Below, in pieces: positions 14,966-22,407 of a DNA stretch of 32,000 bases. The notes below the pieces were generated by a model, which searched no databases, was not told the DNA's origin, and saw nothing but the letters and a program-made list of their open reading frames with translations. The translations under genes were made by a program, and so were the position numbers. Every line of letters starts with the position of its first letter. The first letter of the stretch is position 1. Source of the stretch: Chloroflexota bacterium (lineage in GTDB: Bacteria > Chloroflexota > Dehalococcoidia > JACQUA01); assembly GCA_016210565.1 (NCBI GenBank), contig JACQUA010000270.1, positions 19,996 to 51,995 on the forward strand, in the 5' to 3' direction.

Positions 14966-16078
14966 TCACAGTAGCTTGTCCCATGTGATTGGAACGTCCT
15001 CCTTGATGTCTACGGCGGCAGTCCTGCCGGGAATGAATTTGCTTTCATCGGGATAAACGCCATCGTCGGCCCGCTTGAAAGCGATGTCCTCAGCGGTTAT
15101 CCTGGTCCCTTTTCTTATGAGCCTCGCCGCCACGGTCCGCTTGCGCGATACCTGCCGGTAGCGCTGTTCTCCGGACGAGAGCGGTCGAAAAGAAGAAGAA
15201 CCGAAGGACTTCTCGACCTCCCGTATCTGGGCGACCAGCTTCTTGAACTCATCCGGGTTAAGGGCGGACTCGAAGTCCTCGCCCTTCAGGCTCCGGTCAT
15301 GGGTCAAATGCTTTTCGATGGCGCTGGCGCCGAAGCCCAGGGCGACCAGGGGCAGGGCAAGGGCCTGGTCAGAATCGGCGTCCACGTGGTCCGCCAGCCC
15401 CACCGGCAACCCGAAGGTCGCCTTCAGCGTCGGGATCAGCCGGAGATGGGTGTCTTCAATCCTGGTGGGGTATAGCTGGATCCCGTGAAGCAGGATGATG
15501 TCGCTCGTGCCCAGTTGCCTGATGAGACTGACGGTATTCTCTATTTCTCCCAGCGTGGCGCCCCCGATGCGGAGTATGACCGGTCTCTTTGTCCGGGCCA
15601 CCTCGGAGACCAGGTCCTGCTGGACGAAGCAGGCGGCGGCGACAACGTAGGCGTCGGCGCCGAGTTGCTCGCACAGCCTCAGGCTGGGGATATCGTTGGG
15701 CATGGCGCAGACGGCCAGCCCCAGGCTCCTGGCATAGGGGAAAATCTCTTGCCAGTCGCCGGGCCTGAGATTGGCCCGCTCCATGTATTCATAGATGCTT
15801 TCCTTCTTTTCCTCGCCCGATGTCGTTTTCCCCGCCGTAGAACCGTAGTCCTTCACCATGTAGTCCTTCAGGCTGGTGAGGTGGACGCTGACGGCATCGG
15901 CGCCGGCGCCGGCGGTTGCCTTGATGATGGTCCTGGCCTTTTCGGCGGAGCCGTCGTGGGACCAGGCCATCTCGGCGATGACAAACGCCGGCTGTCCATC
16001 GCCGACCAGCCTGTTTCCTAGCTTGATCTGAGACAATTGTTTCCTTTCTGTGTTCCAACCGTAGGGTGGGTTACCCAT
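14966..16078 (-). CDS. Divergent NeuB-family synthase with SAF domain (substrate unknown)
   Basis: 'AFVIAEMAWSHDGS', 'LLHGIQLYP', 'LADHVD', 'IEKHLTHD' and a C-terminal SAF-like region align with the canonical copies, but the KFQ, KIxSGE and STGM motifs are replaced. Start is ATG 16078, or TTG 16036 (preceded by AGGAAA). The track start at 16132 overlaps the upstream gene. Confidence 0.65.
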   Translation of the reverse strand: MGNPPYGWNTERKQLSQIKLGNRLVGDGQPAFVIAEMAWSHDGSAEKARTIIKATAGAGADAVSVHLTSLKDYMVKDYGSTAGKTTSGEEKKESIYEYMERANLRPGDWQEIFPYARSLGLAVCAMPNDIPSLRLCEQLGADAYVVAAACFVQQDLVSEVARTKRPVILRIGGATLGEIENTVSLIRQLGTSDIILLHGIQLYPTRIEDTHLRLIPTLKATFGLPVGLADHVDADSDQALALPLVALGFGASAIEKHLTHDRSLKGEDFESALNPDEFKKLVAQIREVEKSFGSSSFRPLSSGEQRYRQVSRKRTVAARLIRKGTRITAEDIAFKRADDGVYPDESKFIPGRTAAVDIKEDVPITWDKLL

Positions 16079-16095
16079 CTGCCTTCCAGCCTGTC

Positions 16096-16932
16096 TCACG
16101 CACCGGTTTCCGGGGCGCCTGGCCAGGGGCAATAACTCTCTCCCAGGCCCTGCTCGATCAACTTCCAGCGGGCCTTTCGAATCTTATCTTCGATGCTCTT
16201 CCAGTAGTCGGCATGGACGCCCCGGTTGATTTCGAGAAGCCAGGGATGGCTGTCAAGAAACGCCACCACGTCTTTAAGCCGGAAAACAGAACCCGGAACG
16301 TACAACGCGGCAAAGATTCCCTGGAACAGCCTGAGGTCCTCGGCATAGTCCAGGGTAAGCCTGAAGCCCGGACGCCTTAACATGGGGTTATGGGGCTCCA
16401 GGGTCTTGACCCGGAAGAGCCCCGTGTCGGTGAAGTATGGCTCGAAGACCTCGGTATCGCTTTCCAGCTTGATGTCGCAGACTTTTCTCAGGGCTGCGAC
16501 CCTGATACCACGGCAGGCCGTGCCCAGGGGCAGGTCCTTCCATCTCACCAGGTCGGTGCCGCCGATGATAAGCGTCTTCAGCGTCCTGTCGATAAGCCCG
16601 GGACCATAGAAAATGTTGTCCCCGCCTACGTTAATCACATAGTGCACATCATATTTCGTGGCGGCGTCCAGCAGTCTCCGGAGCACGTCGTCCTCGCTGC
16701 CCCGGAAGGCCTCGATGCCGTTCTTTACGGCGATGTCTGCCAGGACGGCGTCGTCGGGATGGGTGGAGGTGCAAAGCACGATGAGGCCGGGCAACCTGGC
16801 CAGCTTCAGCCGGTCAATGAGGTGCTCGATCACGGGTTTGCCCTGGATTTCGATCAGGGCTTTTCGTTCCAGCCGGGTCGATTTCGTCCTGGCCGTAACA
16901 AAGATTGCGGACTTCTGCGATCTATCTGCCAT
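16096..16932 (-). CDS. SpsF-like cytidylyltransferase, paralog of 13946..14755
   Basis: 'SAIFVTARTKSTRLERKAL', 'IEHLIDRLKLARLPGLIVLCTSTHPDDAVLADIAVKNGIEAFRGSEDD'; collinear similarity to the other copy along the whole length. ATG 16932 is preferred, because the longer ORF runs through intergenic repeats. Confidence 0.75.
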   Translation of the reverse strand: MADRSQKSAIFVTARTKSTRLERKALIEIQGKPVIEHLIDRLKLARLPGLIVLCTSTHPDDAVLADIAVKNGIEAFRGSEDDVLRRLLDAATKYDVHYVINVGGDNIFYGPGLIDRTLKTLIIGGTDLVRWKDLPLGTACRGIRVAALRKVCDIKLESDTEVFEPYFTDTGLFRVKTLEPHNPMLRRPGFRLTLDYAEDLRLFQGIFAALYVPGSVFRLKDVVAFLDSHPWLLEINRGVHADYWKSIEDKIRKARWKLIEQGLGESYCPWPGAPETGA

Positions 16933-16947
16933 GTTGTTGCTGGGTTT

Positions 16948-17034
16948 TTCTTTTCTAGCCCCGAGGCATCGGGGTACCACAAGCCACCGTGCCTGTGAGA
17001 GGTGGCAAGCTACCAGGCCCGTTCTTTTCTAGCC
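16948..17034. repeat. 13-nt direct repeats TTCTTTTCTAGCC flanking a 61-nt hairpin-repeat insert
   Basis: The direct repeats lie at 16948-16960 and 17022-17034. The insert contains the hairpin CCCCGAGGCATCGGGG (16959-16974) and an inverted family-A copy (16973-17001). Confidence 0.75.
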
Positions 17035-17173
17035 AAGCGTCAGGCATACTATAACCGGATACGTTTCTTTTATCAACTTCTGGAAAAAGGGAGACACCGA
17101 AACCCTCCCTGCATCGGCCCCGCACCTCGCCCTGACGGACCATCCGCTCCTCACCCTGCTTCGGCAATCTTGC

Positions 17174-17202
17174 TTGTGATATCCGCCGTCCGATGGTAGA
17201 CT
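17174..17202 (+). promoter_or_regulatory. Candidate sigma70-type promoter for the + strand NeuB-like gene
   Basis: TTGTGA-N17-TAGACT, 37 nt upstream of ATG 17239 in the only divergent intergenic region. Each hexamer matches the consensus at only 4 of 6 positions. There is no other support. Confidence 0.2.
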
Positions 17203-17238
17203 AATGAGCAACCTTTGGGGAAAGCGAGTATTCAGCTC

Positions 17239-18282
17239 ATGAAAGCGCAATTTGTTGACACTGTCAAAGAGCCTTATCTCATTGCAGAGACGGCGTATAA
17301 CCATGAAGGCGATCTGCGCTATCTTTATCGGATGATAGACGATATCGCCGCGCTGAAGGCCAACGCCATCAAGTTCCATATGCTATTAAACCTGGAAAGC
17401 TATTTGACCGCAGACCACCCTCATTTCCCCCTTTTCCGCAAGTGGATGTTTCCCCGGGAGGAGTGGAACCGGATCATTGACCGTTGCAAAGAAAAACAGT
17501 TGGAGGTGGTTGCGCTCTGCGACGACGTGGACAGCATCGAATACATTGTCCGTGAGGACACGCCGGTAGACGCCATAGAGCTTCATGCCACCGGGCTGAA
17601 CGATTACTTTCTGCTCGAGGCGGCCGCGAAATATGAAGGGCAGGTCATTCTGGGCATAGGGGGATCGACTCTGGACGAGATTCAATATGCCGTCAGTTTG
17701 CTGAGGCAGAGGAACAAGAATGACATATTGTTGATGTATGGTTTCCAGAGCTATCCTACCCTGTATTCGGACATCAATTTGTTGAAGATGGCAAAGATTA
17801 GAGACCTGTTCGACCTGCCGGTCGGCTACGCCGACCACACCGCGTTTGACGATCCCCGCAACGAGACCGTCAGCGTCATGGGCGCCATGATGGGCTTTCA
17901 CATTCTCGAAAAGCATTACACGCCTGACTACGGGAAAGAAAGGATAGACTACCATTCAGCGGTGGGCGCGGACGCCATGAAACGAATAAAGGAGCTGATG
18001 AAGCTGGCGCTGACGGTCCGGGGAGATGGCCATCTGGGTATGAGCGGGCCGGAACTGGAATACGGCAAGACAGGTTTCATGAAGAAGGCCATCGTGTCCA
18101 GGGACGCCATAAGACAGGGAGACAAGCTGTCGCTAGACAATCTGTGGTTCAAAAGGACAAAAGATGAAAGCACGATCAAGCAGAGCCAGTTGCTCCAACT
18201 CGTTGGTCTGGAAGTCACGCGGGACATCGGCCAAAACGAACTAGTGGATTTTGGCAGCGTCAAAAAGCCGGAGAGAAGCTAA
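17239..18282 (+). CDS. Divergent NeuB-family synthase with SAF domain (substrate unknown)
   Basis: 'YLIAETAYNHEGD', 'IKFHM', 'ILGIGGSTLDEI', 'YADHT', 'LEKHYT', and a C-terminal SAF-like 'AIVSRDAIRQGDKLSLDNLWFKR'. It is the only + strand gene in the central region. ATG 17239 is preferred over TTG 17215. Confidence 0.6.
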   Translation: MKAQFVDTVKEPYLIAETAYNHEGDLRYLYRMIDDIAALKANAIKFHMLLNLESYLTADHPHFPLFRKWMFPREEWNRIIDRCKEKQLEVVALCDDVDSIEYIVREDTPVDAIELHATGLNDYFLLEAAAKYEGQVILGIGGSTLDEIQYAVSLLRQRNKNDILLMYGFQSYPTLYSDINLLKMAKIRDLFDLPVGYADHTAFDDPRNETVSVMGAMMGFHILEKHYTPDYGKERIDYHSAVGADAMKRIKELMKLALTVRGDGHLGMSGPELEYGKTGFMKKAIVSRDAIRQGDKLSLDNLWFKRTKDESTIKQSQLLQLVGLEVTRDIGQNELVDFGSVKKPERS

Positions 18283-19280
18283 ACTGCGGCAGATCTGAGG
18301 AGCGCCCTTATTTCCTGCTTGCTAAGCAGCCTGGAGGTCTCTGACGTAAGCATCTTGACCGGCCGATCATGTACCCTGGGCTCCCCGGTCAACAAATCAT
18401 GCTGTATGATATACATTTGTTCGTTCTCTTCCGCGTACCAGGTTTCTTGTTCTGTCATGAGCTCCTCATGCAATTTCTCGCCAGGGCGTGCGCCGATTAT
18501 CTTTATCTTAATCTCATCCGCCCGGTATCCCTGTTTTGGGGCCTGTTCTTCGATGACTGCTTGAGCGAGATCTATGATGCGCACAGATGGCACTTTCAGG
18601 ATGAATATCTCCGCCCCCGTGGCTATTTCAGCAGCGCTCATAACTAGCTGGGCGGCTACATCGCTGGTCATTATGAATCTGGTCATGTCCTCATGGGTAA
18701 TAGTGACCGGCCCCCCCTGTTCGATCTGTTTGCTGAACACTTGAGCAACCGAGCCGGCAGAATCAAAAACGTTTCCGAACCTGACGCTGGACAACACTGT
18801 TTTTTTTGACCCTTTGTAATAGTTGGCCGCTGTAACAAGGCGCTCACCCAACAGCTTGGTCGCCCCCAGCGTGCTGATGGGGCTGCAAGCCCTGTTGGTA
18901 CTGACGTTAACGACGCTCGCGACGTTCTGAGCCAGGGCTGCATCGACGATATTTTGAGTCCCAACCACATTTGTCTTGACCGCTTCGAACGGGTTGTATT
19001 CACAGGCGCCCATGTGCTTCATGGCCGCGGTGTGGAAGACGATGTCGATGTTCTCCATAGCCATTGCCAGGCGTTCCTTGTCCCTGATGTCCCCGACCAG
19101 GTACCTTGTGTTGGCGTACTCTCGCAACTCTTGCTCCAGATGGACCAGGGCCTGCTCGCCGTTGCCAAGTATTCTGACCACCTTAGGCCCGTGCTGCAAC
19201 ACTTTACGCACTATTTTAGCGCCGATTGACCCGGCCCCCCCCGTAACCAGAACTGCTTTATTCCTGAAGTAGTCGCTCAT
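18279..19280 (-). CDS. PseB/CapD (Polysacc_synt_2)-family protein with non-canonical active-site residues
   Basis: 'KAVLVTGGAGSIGAKIVRKVL', 'GDIRD', 'HTAAMKHMGACEYNPFEAVKTNVVGTQN', 'VRFGNV', 'IGARPGEKLHE' are collinear with UDP-GlcNAc 4,6-dehydratases. However, the motif is 'STNRACSPISTLGATK' instead of STDKAxNPxNx[Y/M]GA[TS]K. Confidence 0.7.
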   Translation of the reverse strand: MSDYFRNKAVLVTGGAGSIGAKIVRKVLQHGPKVVRILGNGEQALVHLEQELREYANTRYLVGDIRDKERLAMAMENIDIVFHTAAMKHMGACEYNPFEAVKTNVVGTQNIVDAALAQNVASVVNVSTNRACSPISTLGATKLLGERLVTAANYYKGSKKTVLSSVRFGNVFDSAGSVAQVFSKQIEQGGPVTITHEDMTRFIMTSDVAAQLVMSAAEIATGAEIFILKVPSVRIIDLAQAVIEEQAPKQGYRADEIKIKIIGARPGEKLHEELMTEQETWYAEENEQMYIIQHDLLTGEPRVHDRPVKMLTSETSRLLSKQEIRALLRSAAV

Positions 19281-19327
19281 TTCGTTCCCCCTGGTCGATT
19301 CCTTTAGTGCGGGGAGAGCCGCCGTTC

Positions 19328-20473
19328 CTAGTACGACAGCCTCTTCTGAATCAGGGTATGGTCCTCAAGGTCCACGCTCTTCAGAATCTCAGCAATCCTC
19401 GCAGAAGCCTTCCCGTCCCCGTAAGGGCTGGTACAGCTCGCCAGCCTCTCCCGGAATTCGGCGTCGCAAATGGCTTTCGTGATGGCTTGGAATATGTCCT
19501 GGGAGTCATATCCCGCGTTGATGACGTTCCCGGCCTGCATTCTTCCCTGCTGGCGGGTTCCGATATTGACGGCGGGAAGATGGAGGGCAGGCGCCTCTAC
19601 AATTCCGGAACTGGAGTTGCCTACCAGCACGCTGGCCACCTTCATCAGACTCCCGTAAACCTCGAATGGCAGGTTCTTGTGAGCCTGAATCCTGGTCTTC
19701 TCGATTTCACGAATTATCCTGCGCCCACCCGCATCGACATTGGGATAGATGAGGATAGCCTGCACGCCGGTCTTCTTTACCGCGTCGAGAGTCAGCATGA
19801 TTTGCCCGGTGGCCTCGTCAGCTTCGGTGGTTACTGCGTGCTGCAAAACGACGATTAGCGGTTGGGACAAATCTAGATCGAATTGTCGGGCAAGCGTCTC
19901 CGGTCTCACGAAATCCATGTTGAGCAAGGCGTCCAGCGAAGGACAGCCGACGTTGAACACATATCGTGGGTTTTCGCCCATTCTGATGAGCCGCTCCGCA
20001 CTTGCCCGATTCGTTGCAAAGTGAAGATGGGCAAAGCGAGTAGTTGCGTGGCGGAGACTTTCGTCTATGCTGCCGGTCAGTTCGCCACCCTCGATGTGTG
20101 CAACCGGAATGTTCATGTGGGCCGCGGCCACGGCCGCCGCCAGGTGGGCGCCCAGGTCAAACCCCACCAGCATAATATCAGGCCGCATGTCCTCGAGGAC
20201 GTCGGTGAATTCGACCAAACCCCGGCCCAGGGCCCTGGCCATGTCGGCCCCACTATCTTTATCGCTGCCCGAAGACATAGGTACTCGGGCCGCAATGGGA
20301 AAGCCGTCATTCTCAATGAGATGAACTGTAAGCCCCAGCTCCGGTAGGAGATGATGGCCGGCAACTATTAGTCGCAAGTCAAATGCCGGGCTTTCAATAA
20401 TCTTCCGGAGGACCGGCCTGAGCTTGCTGTAATCAGCCCTTCTTTCGGTCAGGGCGCAGATTCGTCTTACCAC
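19328..20473 (-). CDS. neuC: UDP-N-acetylglucosamine 2-epimerase (hydrolysing), NeuC/LegG type, second copy
   Basis: 'RRADYSKLRPVL', 'VAHIEGGELTGSIDESLRHATTRFAHLHF', 'LVGNSSSGIVEAP'. The GTG start overlaps the upstream stop by 7 nt. Confidence 0.85.
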   Translation of the reverse strand: MVRRICALTERRADYSKLRPVLRKIIESPAFDLRLIVAGHHLLPELGLTVHLIENDGFPIAARVPMSSGSDKDSGADMARALGRGLVEFTDVLEDMRPDIMLVGFDLGAHLAAAVAAAHMNIPVAHIEGGELTGSIDESLRHATTRFAHLHFATNRASAERLIRMGENPRYVFNVGCPSLDALLNMDFVRPETLARQFDLDLSQPLIVVLQHAVTTEADEATGQIMLTLDAVKKTGVQAILIYPNVDAGGRRIIREIEKTRIQAHKNLPFEVYGSLMKVASVLVGNSSSGIVEAPALHLPAVNIGTRQQGRMQAGNVINAGYDSQDIFQAITKAICDAEFRERLASCTSPYGDGKASARIAEILKSVDLEDHTLIQKRLSY

Positions 20474-21534
20474 CGGTCACCCCGGGCGCGCTTGCCCGCG
20501 GCAAAGTCCTGCCGGCTTATCAGGGTGTCAGAGTCAATGTTCCGGCTGGCCCTTCGTCCCAGGATCTTGCCCAGGTGTACCGCCGGAATCCCGGTACCCG
20601 GCCTCTTGACCCACGTATTGTCGACGGTGAAGCGCTCTCCTTTTTTTATGTCTTTGATGGCGACCACACTGGCATAGGCGAAATCGATGGTGGGTTTTTC
20701 TTCACTCAAGATGGTTTTATGACCGCCGAGAGACTGATGGATGGCTTTGCTGCCGTTTACCAGGTCCTTCAACTCCGCAGGCGTCATGGAGATCGGTACG
20801 TCCGGCCCCGGCCATCTCCTGCTTGAGGTAAAGTGCTTCTCCAGTATACTGGCTCCCAAGGAAATGGCGGCAAAACAGGTGTAGTTACCGAGAGAATGGT
20901 CGCTGAGACCCAGGACAGCTTCAGGAAACCGCGATTTCAGGTCCGCCAGCGCGCCCAATCTGACTTTATCGTAGGGCGTTGGATACATGGACGTACAATG
21001 AAGCAAGGCATAGGGCGCCCCGGCCCTTTCTAAAATACCGACACTCCTGGCGATGCTCCCTAGATCATTCATTCCGGTGCTGAGAATGACGGGCTTTCGG
21101 AACGAAGCGATATGTTCCACCAGGGGGTAATTATTGCACTCTCCGGAGCCAATCTTGTACGCTACAACCCCCAATCTCTCTAACCGGTCGGCGGCTGCCC
21201 TGGAAAACGGCGTGCACAGGTAGATCATGCCCATCTTCTCCGCGTATTGTTTTAGCTTTCTTTCTTCCTCCTCGGTGAGGCTGCACCTTTCCATGATAGC
21301 GTAAATCGATTCTGTGGCGTTCCCGGGGATAATCTTTTTGGCTTCCGGGACCATTTCGTCTTCAACAACGTGTGATTGGAATTTGACGCATTCGGCGCCG
21401 GCGCGATGAGCATCCGCAATCATCTTCTTTGCTTTCTCAAAGCTACCTTCGTGGTTGATACCTATTTCAGGGATGACAAACGGGGGGTGGTCCTCCCCAA
21501 TGGTCCGATGTGCAATTTGAATCTCAGGTTTCAT
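20467..21534 (-). CDS. neuB: NeuB-family nonulosonic acid synthase (canonical) with SAF domain, second canonical copy
   Basis: 'PFVIPEIGINHEGS', 'VKFQ', 'YKIGSGE', 'ILSTGM', 'LLHCTSMYP', 'LSDHS', 'EKHFT...GPD'. ATG 21534 ('MKPEIQIAHR') lies 4 nt after the upstream stop; the track start at 21609 overlaps the upstream gene. Confidence 0.85.
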   Translation of the reverse strand: MKPEIQIAHRTIGEDHPPFVIPEIGINHEGSFEKAKKMIADAHRAGAECVKFQSHVVEDEMVPEAKKIIPGNATESIYAIMERCSLTEEEERKLKQYAEKMGMIYLCTPFSRAAADRLERLGVVAYKIGSGECNNYPLVEHIASFRKPVILSTGMNDLGSIARSVGILERAGAPYALLHCTSMYPTPYDKVRLGALADLKSRFPEAVLGLSDHSLGNYTCFAAISLGASILEKHFTSSRRWPGPDVPISMTPAELKDLVNGSKAIHQSLGGHKTILSEEKPTIDFAYASVVAIKDIKKGERFTVDNTWVKRPGTGIPAVHLGKILGRRASRNIDSDTLISRQDFAAGKRARGDRW

Positions 21535-21538
21535 GATT

Positions 21539-22369
21539 TCACCAGCAGGTCCATCCGCCGTCGACAACCAGGTTATGGCCGGTAACGTAGGTTGATGCGT
21601 CAGAGGCAAGAAATATGACCGCCCCGTTTATTTCATCGGGCCTTGCCTTTCGTCCCAGAGGCGTCCTCTCACCATAATTCCTGACAAAAGTTTCATTCTC
21701 GTCTTTCTGGAAGATGCCGCCAGGGGATATAGAGTTCACTCGAATGTTGTCTTTCCCATAATACGCCGCCAGGTATCGGGTGAAGTTTATCAATCCCCCT
21801 TTGGCGGCATTGTACACACCGTGGGCATGAACTTCCATTGTGTCCTTATCAGGAGTCACGTATATCTTGCCAAGATTGGCGCCCCTGTATATTCTCTGGT
21901 CGTTACCAACTATGCCGTAGTGCGAGGCAATGTTTACTATTGAGCCTCTTTGCTGCTTCACCATGATGGGGATGAAGCTCTGGATGGTCAAAAAGGGTAT
22001 GGTCAGATTTCCCAGCAGGCCCACATTCCATCCCTCTAACGACACTTCTTCGAACGGCCGGTAATAGTCCGGAGGCCTCAGCGTTGACATGTTGATAAGA
22101 ACGTCAACATCCTGTTCCTTTTTCAGAATCAGTTCTCTGGCCTTGACAATCTCTTCTTTATTGGTGCAGTCGACCCTTAACAGGCGAAACTTATTTTCGT
22201 ACTTCTCCTTGAGCTCGACTATTTCTTGAGATTCGGTGGTGTTGATGTCAAGAACGTACAACACAGCGCCGAATTCAAGAATCGCCCTCGAAAACTTCCT
22301 ACCTAAATACCCGTTGCCTCCCACCAATACCACGACCTTGTTGTCCAATCTGAACGCGGAGTCTCCCAT
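21539..22369 (-). CDS. Classical short-chain dehydrogenase/reductase (flagellin-modification PtmA-like layout)
   Basis: 'VVVLVGGNGYLGRKF', a catalytic 'YNAAK' preceded by a long insertion after the catalytic Ser region, and 'NSISPGGI'. ATG 22369 is preceded by AGGAAA. Confidence 0.65.
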   Translation of the reverse strand: MGDSAFRLDNKVVVLVGGNGYLGRKFSRAILEFGAVLYVLDINTTESQEIVELKEKYENKFRLLRVDCTNKEEIVKARELILKKEQDVDVLINMSTLRPPDYYRPFEEVSLEGWNVGLLGNLTIPFLTIQSFIPIMVKQQRGSIVNIASHYGIVGNDQRIYRGANLGKIYVTPDKDTMEVHAHGVYNAAKGGLINFTRYLAAYYGKDNIRVNSISPGGIFQKDENETFVRNYGERTPLGRKARPDEINGAVIFLASDASTYVTGHNLVVDGGWTCW

Positions 22370-22407
22370 ATTGTTTGATTTCCTGTGACGCGCCGTGGAC
22401 ACAAACG

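Noticed and set aside
16933-16980. N-terminal extensions proposed by the ORF track: 16096-16980, 14966-16132, 20467-21609, 1307-2320, 12975-13970, 21539-22402 and 4927-5811.
   Set aside because: The extensions overlap the upstream gene or run through intergenic repeats, and they add residues absent from family N-termini. Internal ATG/TTG starts restore the typical N-terminal motifs and give 3-17 nt gaps or ATGA overlaps. Exact starts remain uncertain.
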